DNA from: a virus
Taxonomy: Duplodnaviria > Caudoviricetes
IMG/VR virus record: IMGVR_UViG_3300020577_002562
Span: 123,210 to 187,209 of that record
Length of the DNA: 64,000 nucleotides
Reading direction: 5' to 3' (one strand)
The translations under genes were made by a program, and so were the position numbers. Of this stretch, positions 48,511 to 57,448 are shown piece after piece (within the stretch, counting starts at the first letter, position 1; each line of letters begins with the position of its first letter). The notes beneath the pieces are model-generated. The model was not told where the DNA came from and made no database searches. It worked only from the letters and a program-made list of their open reading frames with translations.

Positions 48511-48893
48511 CAGCAACACCAGCAATGTGGGCCACGACCAGTGCTACTCAACGCTTCTACTTTACAGTGTTCGGTTGTTCAGTGCGCTACTCAACGTCAT
48601 CAGACCAAGACCTGACTAGCCAATGAACCCATAGCCACCAGCGCCACAATCAAGAGGGCGGCGATAAGCGATAGACCCCATTCCGCCATCTTCTTCATGT
48701 CAGGCATAGTGCTCTCCAGATCAATGATCGTACTGACTGCGCTTGTCGTTCAGCTTTGCTCGTTGCGTGCGCTTACCATTATCCACCCGGCGGTTTACCG
48801 AACGCTCACGTTTAGCCTCATTCGTACCGCCGAAGCTTGCGTACAGTGTAGCCCACTGTTCTCGGCGTCGTTGTCGCTTTGTGTCTGCCATAG

Positions 48894-50120
48894 TCAACCC
48901 TTCACACAGACTACTTGCTTGAGCGTGTGAACCACGTCCACAAGGTCAGCTTGAGCTGCCATCACCATGTCGATGTCCTTGTAAGCCATCGGTGTCTCAT
49001 CCAACACCGAATCGTCTTTGCGGCACTCTACGCCGACGGTGGCGGCAACGTGATCCTCAACCGTAAACCTCTTCTTCGCTTCGTTGCGTCCCATCACACG
49101 ACCAGCACCGTGACTGCACGAACAGAAGGAGTCCGGATTGCCCTTACCACGCACGAGGTAGGACTTGGCACCCATGGAACCTGGGATGATGCCAAGCTGA
49201 TCGGCTTGTGCTGATACAGCCCCCTTGCGTGTCAAGTAAACGTCCTGGCCGAAATGACGCTCAATCGACACATAGTTGTGGTGGCAGTTCACTGCCGATT
49301 CCATTAACAGGAACTCTTTCGATACTGACTCAACCAATGCCTGTACCGTACTCATCATCATGAGCTCCCGGTTCTTACGAGCAAATGCTTGCGCCCAGAG
49401 AACTGCCATGCAGTAGTGGTCGAAATGCTTGGAGCCTTCAGACAGGTACGCCAAGTTCTTGTCGCTGAGTTGGTACTTGCCGACGATGTCCATTTCACGT
49501 TTGGCCTTCTCGATGAAGAAGGTGCCAATGCGGTTACCGATGCCGCGCGAGCCTGAATGCAGCATCAACCATACGTACTGATCTTCATCGATGCAGACCT
49601 CAATGAAGTGATTGCCAGTGCCGAGAGTACCTGCATGCAATGGTGCTCTACGTGCAGCACGCTCCAACTCGGGGTACAGTTGGACCAGAGCCTCCAGTTC
49701 TGTCAACTCGTCTTTGAGATACTGCAAGACCATCGGATCGGGCAGATCCCATGCACCACAGTCACCTGGGCCACCTTCATGTGAGCGACCATGCGGAACA
49801 CGTCGTTCAATGTTGGTGCGTAGCTCATGCAAATTATCCGGCAAGTCACTTGCTCTAAGCGAGGTCTGTTGTGCCATCATGCCACAACCAATGTCCACCC
49901 CAACAGCGGCTGGAATCAGTGCTTTGATGGTCGGCACAACGGTACCGATGGTGGTGCCTGCGCCCCAATGAACGTCTGGCATCACCGCGACATGACTGTG
50001 AACAAACGGTAATGCTGCCAGGTTCCTCAACTGCGTGACCGCAGCGTCTTCAACTGGCACTCCCTTCGTCCACATCTTGATCGGTACTGGGCTGCCTTGC
50101 AACTCGATATAGCTCACCAT
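48894..50120 (-). CDS. rtcB: RtcB RNA ligase
   Basis: MPDVHWG, VGVDIGCG, GTLGTGNHF, HSGSRG, HHNY, SCSHGAGR, YKDID, VCVKG. Confidence 0.97.
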   Translation of the reverse strand: MVSYIELQGSPVPIKMWTKGVPVEDAAVTQLRNLAALPFVHSHVAVMPDVHWGAGTTIGTVVPTIKALIPAAVGVDIGCGMMAQQTSLRASDLPDNLHELRTNIERRVPHGRSHEGGPGDCGAWDLPDPMVLQYLKDELTELEALVQLYPELERAARRAPLHAGTLGTGNHFIEVCIDEDQYVWLMLHSGSRGIGNRIGTFFIEKAKREMDIVGKYQLSDKNLAYLSEGSKHFDHYCMAVLWAQAFARKNRELMMMSTVQALVESVSKEFLLMESAVNCHHNYVSIERHFGQDVYLTRKGAVSAQADQLGIIPGSMGAKSYLVRGKGNPDSFCSCSHGAGRVMGRNEAKKRFTVEDHVAATVGVECRKDDSVLDETPMAYKDIDMVMAAQADLVDVVHTLKQVVCVKG

Positions 50121-50497
50121 GTTTCCTTGGCAGGACTTGGCGTCTTCGGCGTCCCATACTTGGTTATCAGCTTTTCCAGTTGCTTCCGTTCGCTCTGTTC
50201 GCGCCTCTTCTTTGTGGCTTCCCGCTCACGCTTGTCGCGTTCACGCGTCTTTTGTTCTCTGCTCAAACGCGCAGTGCGTTCCTGCTCAGTTTCCGGCCTG
50301 TACCAGAAGAAGATTTGGTCGTCAGCATCGAACTTGATCTTCGAGTAGTCAACTCCTTCTGGAAGTCTATCCACAAGATTTTCGATGCTATCACCATCGT
50401 ACAGAGGGACGCTGTCCTGAACAAGTTTGGGTTGAGCCGACTTGGTGTTCTTAGTTGAGGGCGCGGTCTTGGTGGTCTTGGTGGTCTTAGCGTTCAT
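50114..50497 (-). CDS. hypothetical protein with KTTK-rich N-terminus
   Basis: ORF between tRNA and rtcB. Confidence 0.6.
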   Translation of the reverse strand: MNAKTTKTTKTAPSTKNTKSAQPKLVQDSVPLYDGDSIENLVDRLPEGVDYSKIKFDADDQIFFWYRPETEQERTARLSREQKTRERDKREREATKKRREQSERKQLEKLITKYGTPKTPSPAKETW

Positions 50498-50539
50498 GTT
50501 GATCTACCGTTGAATGTTGTGGGTGGTGAAGATGGTTAA

Positions 50540-50617
50540 TGGTCCGCCGGAAGGGATTCGAACCCCCGACCTGCTGCTTAGAAGGCAGCTGCTCTAATCC
50601 TACTGAGCTACCGGCGG
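50540..50617 (-). tRNA. tRNA-Arg(TCT)
   Basis: full cloverleaf, loop CTTCTAA, CCA. Confidence 0.95.
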
Positions 50618-50856
50618 TTGGTTGGCTGGTGGTTCTAAAGCACTCGAATTTGAACTCAAGTCGTCTTTGAAGTAATAGAGAGTGACTCCTGGCGGAAGCG
50701 CATCTAACCACAGCACTCTTCCGAACTTAGGGTCATAACCAGTACGGCTCGCCTGTGTACTTCCGTACCTGAGTACGGTGTACTTCCCACGCAAACAACA
50801 TAGCATCTTCTACGAACGGATCGTAGTCTATGACTGCTGAAGCATCCGTTTCGGAG

Positions 50857-51387
50857 TCAATAGAGGTTTTCACTGAACAGTTCACGTTCATCTCCTGGGC
50901 AACGATGCAATATCTGACCAGCGGCTCTAGCTACGGTCAAGGCTTCGTAACGGTTCATCCACTTGCCGTGCTGGTCCACGAAACCATCTTCAGCTTTCGC
51001 CCAGTCTGCTAGGTTTCTCACGCCAAACTCTAAAAGCTGCTGCATGATTGAATCGTAGTGTCGCGGGCCGCACAAGATGTGGCCTCGCTTACTACGGATA
51101 GCGGCACATACCACCCGACGTTGACTGGCATCCGGCTGTACTGTCTCTTCCTGCTCTACGGCCTTTACTGGTGGAGTAGCATGCCAGGTTCGTGTAGCAG
51201 AACATGAGCCGCCATGACTGTTATATGGGTCGAAGCGAAGTCCATCAGGTCGTTCCAACCAGACCACTGCCTGGTGGTTAACCTGTGGATAGTTGGCATC
51301 AGTGATGCCAGTAACGGTACCGGGACCAACTGAACTTCTAGACACAGGGTCACCAATGTTCAGCGTACACGGATCAAGCTCAGACAT
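50857..51387 (-). CDS. hypothetical two-domain phage protein
   Basis: AGGAG SD; RVVCAA...GPRH...GF.DQ.G.WM.R.EA motif. Confidence 0.65.
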   Translation of the reverse strand: MSELDPCTLNIGDPVSRSSVGPGTVTGITDANYPQVNHQAVVWLERPDGLRFDPYNSHGGSCSATRTWHATPPVKAVEQEETVQPDASQRRVVCAAIRSKRGHILCGPRHYDSIMQQLLEFGVRNLADWAKAEDGFVDQHGKWMNRYEALTVARAAGQILHRCPGDERELFSENLY

Positions 51388-51796
51388 GTTCAACTCCTGT
51401 CCAGGGATCATCGTATACTGGTGGTCGAAGCCGCATCACTTCAAACCAAGCGTGTTCGTACATGGGCTGCTCAAAGTAGCGTCCGATTCTGATCACGATG
51501 GGGGTGTGTAAGCTGTTTATGCTGTGTGTCCCGACTACACGGAGTCGGGGGCTCAATATACCTCTACTCAATGACCATCTGTTCGCTTCCATCAGATCCT
51601 TGGCGAAAATCAGTATGACCGACTCGTTAGCTTGGAGCACGTCAAGCAGCGGACGAGTTTCTTTACAGTACCTAGCAACCGGCTTCAATTCGGAGAACAG
51701 CTTACGTGTCTCCTCAGAACACTGAAATCGAGGTGGCATCTGGAATCCTTGTTTGCTCATCGGCTTGATGGACAAAGGGGTGGCACACGAGGCCAC
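51380..51796 (-). CDS. hypothetical protein (start probably internal)
   Basis: operon packing. Confidence 0.5.
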   Translation of the reverse strand: MASCATPLSIKPMSKQGFQMPPRFQCSEETRKLFSELKPVARYCKETRPLLDVLQANESVILIFAKDLMEANRWSLSRGILSPRLRVVGTHSINSLHTPIVIRIGRYFEQPMYEHAWFEVMRLRPPVYDDPWTGVEHV

Positions 51797-51800
51797 CCCT
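51776..51800 (-). terminator. terminator-like hairpin after HU gene
   Basis: AGGGGTGGC/GCCACCCCT. Confidence 0.6.
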
Positions 51801-51822
51801 GTAGTTGCTAAGACTATCCAGA

Positions 51823-52281
51823 TCAGCAGTCGCCGTTCGACGCCCTCTTCAGCTTGGCGAGCACTCGGATGCGAGCTTTGATGTAAGACGGGCGAGTGTA
51901 CGCGGGCCGTCCCTTGGACTTCATCATCTCTCCGGTGCTTGGGTTGCGGACTTCAGTGCCCTTCTTGATAGCCGGAAACTTCTTGGCTGGCATCTTCTTG
52001 GTCACGACTTTGAACATACCCGGCCACGAAAACTCGCCAGCGCCGCCGGGCATGACTGATGCCATCATGGCACGCTCGAAGGTAGCCATGACTGCCTTCA
52101 CTTGGCGTGGTTCCAGTTCGTTCTTCTCAGCGATCTTTGCCATCAGCTCATTCTTGGTGAACTTCTTGCGAAGAGGCTTGATTGCATCGACGGTTTTTGC
52201 ACGACGAGCCCTCGTCGTCTTGGCCTTGCTCTTGGTGGTCTTGCTGGTCTTCGTGGTCTTTGCCTTGGCGGTACGTGCCAT
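51823..52281 (-). CDS. HU/IHF-family DNA-binding protein with basic N-terminal tail
   Basis: TKNELMAKIAEK; F.WPGMFKV; RNPSTGE; AGGA SD before ATG 52281. Confidence 0.88.
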   Translation of the reverse strand: MARTAKAKTTKTSKTTKSKAKTTRARRAKTVDAIKPLRKKFTKNELMAKIAEKNELEPRQVKAVMATFERAMMASVMPGGAGEFSWPGMFKVVTKKMPAKKFPAIKKGTEVRNPSTGEMMKSKGRPAYTRPSYIKARIRVLAKLKRASNGDC

Positions 52282-52312
52282 GATGGTTCCTACTGTGAAA
52301 GGTGGGTGAATC

Positions 52313-52369
52313 TGGTGCCGGCTATCCGACTCGAACGGATGACCTACCGGCGGTTTCAATGAAATTGGT
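52313..52369 (-). tRNA. 3' half of split tRNA-like gene
   Basis: CCGGT-AGGTC-ATCCG TTCGAGT CGGAT-AGCCGGC-ACCA preceded by 17-nt extension. Confidence 0.8.
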
Positions 52370-52452
52370 GCTGGGGGTGAGATTCGAACTCACGTGAGGT
52401 TGCCCTGCCGGCTTACAAAACCGGTGCAATCGACCAACTATGCGACCCCAGC
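52366..52452 (-). tRNA. nested tRNA-Thr(TGT) with long variable arm
   Basis: GCTGGGG/CCCCAGC acceptor, loop TTTGTAA, AGG-GCAA-CCT variable arm, CCA. Confidence 0.85.
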
Positions 52453-52862
52453 TAGTAAGATTTACCTTCTGCATAGCGCACACGACGCGAATGGCGTCCG
52501 TAGCCACGGTTTCGTCCCTTATAGGTATCAGTTTGCGCGTCACAGTTATGACAGATCAGCCGTAGATTTGTCAATTTCCAATCGTATGGGTTTCCATCCA
52601 TATGATCCATAACAAGTGGTACTGGGTACCCACGCCATGTAGTTCTTTTGCAGAGTTTGCATCTATGACCGCGCGTGAAAATTAGGTATGTTTTGATTAG
52701 TTTGACTGTCATACCCTTTGGAAGTTTACCAAGCTTCCTGATCTTAGCGAACGCCAACTTACGTTGATATTGCTGCTGACAATTATTGCTGCAATACTTT
52801 TGGGTTGCCGTTTCCCGGTACAGCTCGATGCTGTCTCTACAATTCAAACAACGTACTTTCAT
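52452..52862 (-). CDS. HNH homing endonuclease
   Basis: CLNC..YCSNNC; CKLC; DHMDGN....LTNLRLICHNC. Confidence 0.9.
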   Translation of the reverse strand: MKVRCLNCRDSIELYRETATQKYCSNNCQQQYQRKLAFAKIRKLGKLPKGMTVKLIKTYLIFTRGHRCKLCKRTTWRGYPVPLVMDHMDGNPYDWKLTNLRLICHNCDAQTDTYKGRNRGYGRHSRRVRYAEGKSY

Positions 52863-52922
52863 GTAGTACCTTTCTAGTCTACATGAAATTAGCGTACCAC
52901 TGTTAATGCGCGTTACAGGTTT

Positions 52923-52973
52923 ACCAATTTCATTGAAACTGCCGATTGCTCTACCAGACTGAGCTAAGCCGGC
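52923..52973 (-). tRNA. 5' half of split tRNA-like gene
   Basis: GCCGGCT-TA-GCTCAGTCTGGTAGAGC-A-ATCGG followed by extension complementary to the 3' half. Confidence 0.8.
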
Positions 52974-53512
52974 GTTGGTTGATTTGGACTGATAGCGTCA
53001 GTCCTAGCTATCTTGGATTGAAGTGCTAGAGCAACAGCATGCCGTTGTTCCGCAGACAGTGCTTGAAAGATTTGCTCTACGGTTTTACCTTTAGTTAAGC
53101 ACCTCCAGAGAGTGATGTACTTGATGTTGAACATGGCGGCCAATTCTCTACGCGAGAACTCCATGTCCTTCCATTTGATCGGTGTTCTGTTCTGTTTGAG
53201 TCGTTGTTGATGCAGGTGCTTCGTCTTTACGTTGTAGTCTGGGAAGAAAAACGGGGACGGTTGCACCGCGTACAATGGAGCCCAACCACTGCTAAGTTTC
53301 TCCGCGCCGGACTTGTATACGCAGCCCTCGGTTCTCAGTTTGCGCAAGCAAGCTTGAACTCTTTTTCGAGACACTCGTGCTACATGCACCAACTGTTCTA
53401 TGGTGGCCTCACCCACTAGCAATCGCTTGACTATTGCCACCAGTACGTCGGTTGATCGAACGTACTTAGTCCCACAACCAGTTTGCATCTTTGTGGACTC
53501 GAACTTCGGCAT
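52964..53512 (-). CDS. HTH-domain DNA-binding protein
   Basis: winged-HTH-like N-terminus, second HTH; true start may be internal. Confidence 0.6.
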   Translation of the reverse strand: MPKFESTKMQTGCGTKYVRSTDVLVAIVKRLLVGEATIEQLVHVARVSRKRVQACLRKLRTEGCVYKSGAEKLSSGWAPLYAVQPSPFFFPDYNVKTKHLHQQRLKQNRTPIKWKDMEFSRRELAAMFNIKYITLWRCLTKGKTVEQIFQALSAEQRHAVALALQSKIARTDAISPNQPTPA

Positions 53513-53738
53513 CGAAGTCCTCCTTAGTTGCCAACGTCAAGGTAGCTAGCTTTTCTCGGAATCGGGCACGCTCTGGTTTAGTCAAATGAACACGATTGAA
53601 GTAGCTGGGCGGCGTACTGCTAACCGGCCAAGGCCGTTGGCGAAACATTCTACCTTGTCCCCTGTACCAAACACAGAACTGATGCCACGATTCCCAAACA
53701 TCACGGTCGATCAAACGGTCTTTGTATGTACGAGACAT
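53466..53738 (-). CDS. hypothetical protein
   Basis: GGAG SD; MSRTYK start. Confidence 0.55.
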   Translation of the reverse strand: MSRTYKDRLIDRDVWESWHQFCVWYRGQGRMFRQRPWPVSSTPPSYFNRVHLTKPERARFREKLATLTLATKEDFDAEVRVHKDANWLWD

Positions 53739-53959
53739 ACCACGCTCCAGTAGTTACACTATCGCATGGTATCCTCCTTCACAGATAGGGTTGAACGCTG
53801 ACTTAGATGAACCAGCTCAGGACGGCATCCAGCCAAGTCTCCGGTCCAGCCCACTTACAACCATGAATCAAGCACGATGCTTGGGTGCTTGCGGTTGCCA
53901 CAAATGCACATACTCCGACAACGATCTTCTTCATTTCCGTTTCCTTGGTTAGGCCACTC

Positions 53960-54157
53960 TTAGTGACCAAGTAGTGACTTCAGCAAGCTGAAGGGCCATT
54001 GATGCAATAACCAACCCTCCCACAAGACGTGCTCCAGTGGATAGCCGATAGTCAAGCCGATCCAAAATCCAACCCGCCTGACTTCAGTAACCGACTTGTG
54101 GTAGCACCGAACTAGAAAACCCTCCTCAGTCCGGTGTAGATGGAACGTCTTTGCCAT
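53960..54157 (-). CDS. small membrane-associated hypothetical protein
   Basis: hydrophobic C-terminus. Confidence 0.5.
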   Translation of the reverse strand: MAKTFHLHRTEEGFLVRCYHKSVTEVRRVGFWIGLTIGYPLEHVLWEGWLLHQWPFSLLKSLLGH

Positions 54158-54420
54158 AGCGTGCTTCCAATTCCTGGATGAGTTTTCTCAAATGCTCTGC
54201 GTCTTCGGCGAAAGACGCCGCCAGTGCAGGCCATATGATACCGTTCGTATATGTCTGAATGTGGGCTTCAACGTGAAACAAACTCCGTTTCACTTCCCTG
54301 ATGTCACCAGAGTCTCTCAACTGCACTAGACGCCGATTGAAGTGATCTCGAAATACAGTGCTCTCAGCCACGGGTATGCTCCACGGTACGCAGTCTACTT
54401 TACCACATTGCTTTTGCCGT

Positions 54421-54783
54421 TCATTGGCATGGGATGACAGTCTGGTAGACTCTGCGCTCCCACCGATCTTTGCAACCGTCATTGGCACAGCTCTTGATAG
54501 AGAGAGGTAACCACTGCATGTTGACTGGTGTATCACACCCGCCGCAAGCTAATGGTATTACGTGATCGATTGACCAGCCTTTGCATGACGGAACCGCTTT
54601 ACCGGTCACTGGGCAAGGGTGCAACTTAGCAAAATCGTCTTTGGACTTCACGCTTCGATGGATCGAACCATCTGCATCGCGTTTTGGTGTTCCGCAGTAT
54701 CTGGGATTCTGTGCTGTAGCGGAACTACTCACCAGACCTAGCAGCACTGATACCAGGATCATGATTAGTACGTCGGTCTTCAC
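54421..54783 (-). CDS. HNH-domain protein with N-terminal signal peptide
   Basis: hydrophobic leader ending ATA; CPVTG...IDHVIPLACGGCD...NMQWL. Confidence 0.75.
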   Translation of the reverse strand: MKTDVLIMILVSVLLGLVSSSATAQNPRYCGTPKRDADGSIHRSVKSKDDFAKLHPCPVTGKAVPSCKGWSIDHVIPLACGGCDTPVNMQWLPLSIKSCANDGCKDRWERRVYQTVIPCQ

Positions 54784-55057
54784 TTGGAGGCCACTCCATT
54801 ATGTTGATCTTCGTACCGCTACGGTGCTCTTGAATTAGCCGCGCCTCCAGTTCAGGAGACCATCTGCTACGTGTTCTCAGGTACACGATGTCCAGAACAG
54901 CGCCGTCTGACAAATCAGGAAAAGCTGTCTTGACTTCGCGTTCTTCTTGATCATGGGCTTCAGCACAGGCATCGCCGAACGCTTGCAGTGCATCCATTTG
55001 GTCTTGTGTGATCTTTCCGTCTACCGGGTGGAGTTCCAACACTACAGTTCCCATCAC
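54725..55057 (-). CDS. hypothetical protein
   Basis: GGAG SD, ATGA overlap. Confidence 0.55.
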   Translation of the reverse strand: MMGTVVLELHPVDGKITQDQMDALQAFGDACAEAHDQEEREVKTAFPDLSDGAVLDIVYLRTRSRWSPELEARLIQEHRSGTKINIMEWPPSEDRRTNHDPGISAARSGE

Positions 55058-55410
55058 CGATCTCCGTTGCTGTTGGGTTTAACCTCCGAGTGTCGGAGCA
55101 ATGCTGCTGTCGTTGGCTTGGGCCTCATGGTAGACTCGTCGGAACCTGGTAGAAACTCTCCCGGTATGCCGCTTTGGAGAATCTTGTGCCACTTACCGTC
55201 GATCAGGATCGCGGCGATTCGTGATGGAGTCAAATTATGCTGCACACAAAACACGGCGACTGCTACTGGGTCGAACGACCAGCACTGCGGCATCTTGTTG
55301 CGATCACGAACGTCTATCCCAATGTACACTGGACGAGCACCTCTCGGCAAGTGCTTCATGGGTCTGCGTAACTGATCGATGTAGTCAGAGACTCGTTTGT
55401 CCTTGTCCAT
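55054..55410 (-). CDS. hypothetical protein
   Basis: follows tRNA. Confidence 0.55.
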   Translation of the reverse strand: MDKDKRVSDYIDQLRRPMKHLPRGARPVYIGIDVRDRNKMPQCWSFDPVAVAVFCVQHNLTPSRIAAILIDGKWHKILQSGIPGEFLPGSDESTMRPKPTTAALLRHSEVKPNSNGDR

Positions 55411-55424
55411 CGTATCTCTTTCTA

Positions 55425-55499
55425 TGGTAGGCCCGCTAGGAGTTGAACCTAGGTTGAGGCATTATGAGTACCCTATTCTAACCGTTGAATTACGGGCCC
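55425..55499 (-). tRNA. tRNA with CAT anticodon (Ile2 or Met)
   Basis: cloverleaf, loop CTCATAA, CCA; GGGCCCG acceptor resembles Ile2. Confidence 0.9.
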
Positions 55500-55502
55500 A
55501 AA

Positions 55503-55667
55503 TTACAGTCTGCGATATATGCGTGCTGCTTGCCATTTAGATATTCCTAAGCGTCTACCTATGCTAAGAAAAGTCTTTCCTCTGGCTCGCAACGAAGCAA
55601 TCTTTCGTCTCAAGTGTCTAGGTCTAGATTTGCCTAGGGCTTTGACGGCCCGTTTACTATTTCGCAA
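55503..55667 (-). CDS. small basic HTH protein (54 aa, below ORF-track cut-off)
   Basis: KIASLRARGKTFLSIGRRLGISKWQAARIY; TTG start. Confidence 0.55.
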   Translation of the reverse strand: MRNSKRAVKALGKSRPRHLRRKIASLRARGKTFLSIGRRLGISKWQAARIYRRL

Positions 55668-55971
55668 TGTCTTCCACTGGTATATCGCAAACGTCCAAGT
55701 TCGTCCAGTCGTCTACTATGCCAACCTTCACGATGAACGTTTTACAACCCCTAAGCTCCAACAAACGCTGAACTCGCAACATCCTGTTTGTTGTCCAGTT
55801 CGCATTGTCAGTGTAGGAGGCCACATTATTAACCTCATCCACAAAGAATCGTGCGTCTTCTTTATTCGCGGAATGGAGCTGGACCAGGACGTACTCATCT
55901 TGTTGTGCTTTACGAGTCCGAAAATTATCTCTAAGCTCTTGCAGAGGAACCAGCAAATGCACGGTGCCCAT
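55657..55971 (-). CDS. hypothetical protein
   Basis: operon packing. Confidence 0.5.
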   Translation of the reverse strand: MGTVHLLVPLQELRDNFRTRKAQQDEYVLVQLHSANKEDARFFVDEVNNVASYTDNANWTTNRMLRVQRLLELRGCKTFIVKVGIVDDWTNLDVCDIPVEDIAK

Positions 55972-56168
55972 TGATTACCCATCGACCATTTGGAGTTCTT
56001 CTGGAGTCAATGCTTCTAGAATGAAGTTGCCAAGCATGCGTACCAGGGAGTCTTCCGGCTCGAGGACAAAGGTCTTCCACAGCAAGTCTCCGAGCAGACC
56101 CCAGTTCTTTTCCGCGTATGCCACTTCTAGTGGATGGAACTTGCGTCTTTTGCGAATCACGGGTTGTT

Positions 56169-56513
56169 TCATGGTCCGATCCTGTTGATAAAAGCCTGAA
56201 GTGCGTAATCCAGAGTTGTAGAGCCTACGCACGGCGCTCCATCTCTTGTGACGTGATACTCGTTTGGCATGACCTCATTCTTGTCGTTCACTCGACGCAC
56301 ACAAGTCAATGTGATAACTGACCTGATTGTCGGATCTTGTAGAGAGAGGGGCTGACTTTGCCTAGGTCTACGCAGAATGAACGTTCCTCCGTAGTCAATT
56401 GAACAAAGCTGCCAACCATCAAGTCCATGCACATTCAACGTGTCTGTCACATCATCATTAGTAGCCGTCCCGCGCATCGGCACTAGCTTGTATTCCCACT
56501 GTTGATGGTTCAC
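56169..56513 (-). CDS. DUF4177-like hypothetical protein
   Basis: QWEYK...LN..G.DGWQL...RRP. Confidence 0.6.
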   Translation of the reverse strand: MNHQQWEYKLVPMRGTATNDDVTDTLNVHGLDGWQLCSIDYGGTFILRRPRQSQPLSLQDPTIRSVITLTCVRRVNDKNEVMPNEYHVTRDGAPCVGSTTLDYALQAFINRIGP

Positions 56514-56723
56514 GAGTCACCTCGTATGATTTGTTCAATGGCATCACGCTTTGGATGATCAGTAGCGTGGTCGTTCATCGTCAAAATGAACTCAGCCCAC
56601 CGTTCTGGTATCATTTCGGGTGGGCTGAACTCTACACTGCTACGAAGACTACCAAGTGTATCGCGCAGATCGGGTGCCACTTCTAGCACCCGATCAATCA
56701 CATACAACAACGGTCGCACGATT

Positions 56724-57428
56724 TCACTCTTCGTAGAGTTGGGCGGCCCTCTGCATGATCCTGGTGAACTTAGCCGGAGACAGCAGCCCCTTTCCGTGGT
56801 AGTCCCACATCTTGCTGACATGACCCAGCAGCTTCTCCAAGTCACCTTCATTGACTGCGTTTGCGATAGCGCGCGCGGCCTTCTTGACGTTGACGTTCTT
56901 CTCAATCACTACATGCTGCGCAGGACACAGCTTGTTCCCCTTCGAGTAGTGACAGTTGTCATAGAACTTGGCAGCACCACGTACCAAGTGTCCGCAGGAC
57001 AGACATGGCTTGTCAGGCTCAATGGACAGCACCTTACCATTCCATCTCACCGGAGATTCCCCGACCGGCGTCAACGGCGTCAACGACACTGGAGTGCCAG
57101 CCGGTGCCTCTGAAGATACTGTTGCCTGCACAGCCTGCACACTCTGTACTGTCTGTTGTACACCAGTTGCTTGCGAAGCGTTCTCTACAGCACCGTCTGC
57201 GACCTTGATGTCTGGAGCAGCCGTAGGCTCTGCCGCAGTTGCGGTTTGTGCTGTAGTTGATTCAGCAGCCTCTTGTGTCACCACACCAGCCTCGATCAAC
57301 TTGTCTGCCAGAGGAGTCTTTCCTGCGCGTACACGACGTGGGGCTCCAGGCAGTTGTTTCGGTCCAACTCTTTCCGTTTCGGTAATGGGCATTATGCAAG
57401 TGGACCCGTTTCCGGGTCCACTCCTCAC
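56724..57428 (-). CDS. hypothetical protein with Cys cluster
   Basis: low-complexity middle region, CLSC...C...CPA. Confidence 0.6.
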   Translation of the reverse strand: MRSGPGNGSTCIMPITETERVGPKQLPGAPRRVRAGKTPLADKLIEAGVVTQEAAESTTAQTATAAEPTAAPDIKVADGAVENASQATGVQQTVQSVQAVQATVSSEAPAGTPVSLTPLTPVGESPVRWNGKVLSIEPDKPCLSCGHLVRGAAKFYDNCHYSKGNKLCPAQHVVIEKNVNVKKAARAIANAVNEGDLEKLLGHVSKMWDYHGKGLLSPAKFTRIMQRAAQLYEE

Positions 57429-57448
57429 AGGTTGAGATCGATCAGCTA

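Noticed and set aside
47494-48800. one-piece tmRNA or two tandem tmRNA genes
   Set aside because: found no 5' end upstream of the acceptor piece and no CCA end downstream of the tag
52370-52922. group I intron in the tRNA anticodon loop
   Set aside because: insert is almost entirely tRNA plus HNH ORF; no room or sequence for a catalytic core, and no U33 exon end
52353-52939. CRISPR repeat (GTTTCAAT.../ATTGAAAC resembles repeat ends)
   Set aside because: only two copies, inverted, 17 bp, no spacers and no cas genes in the window
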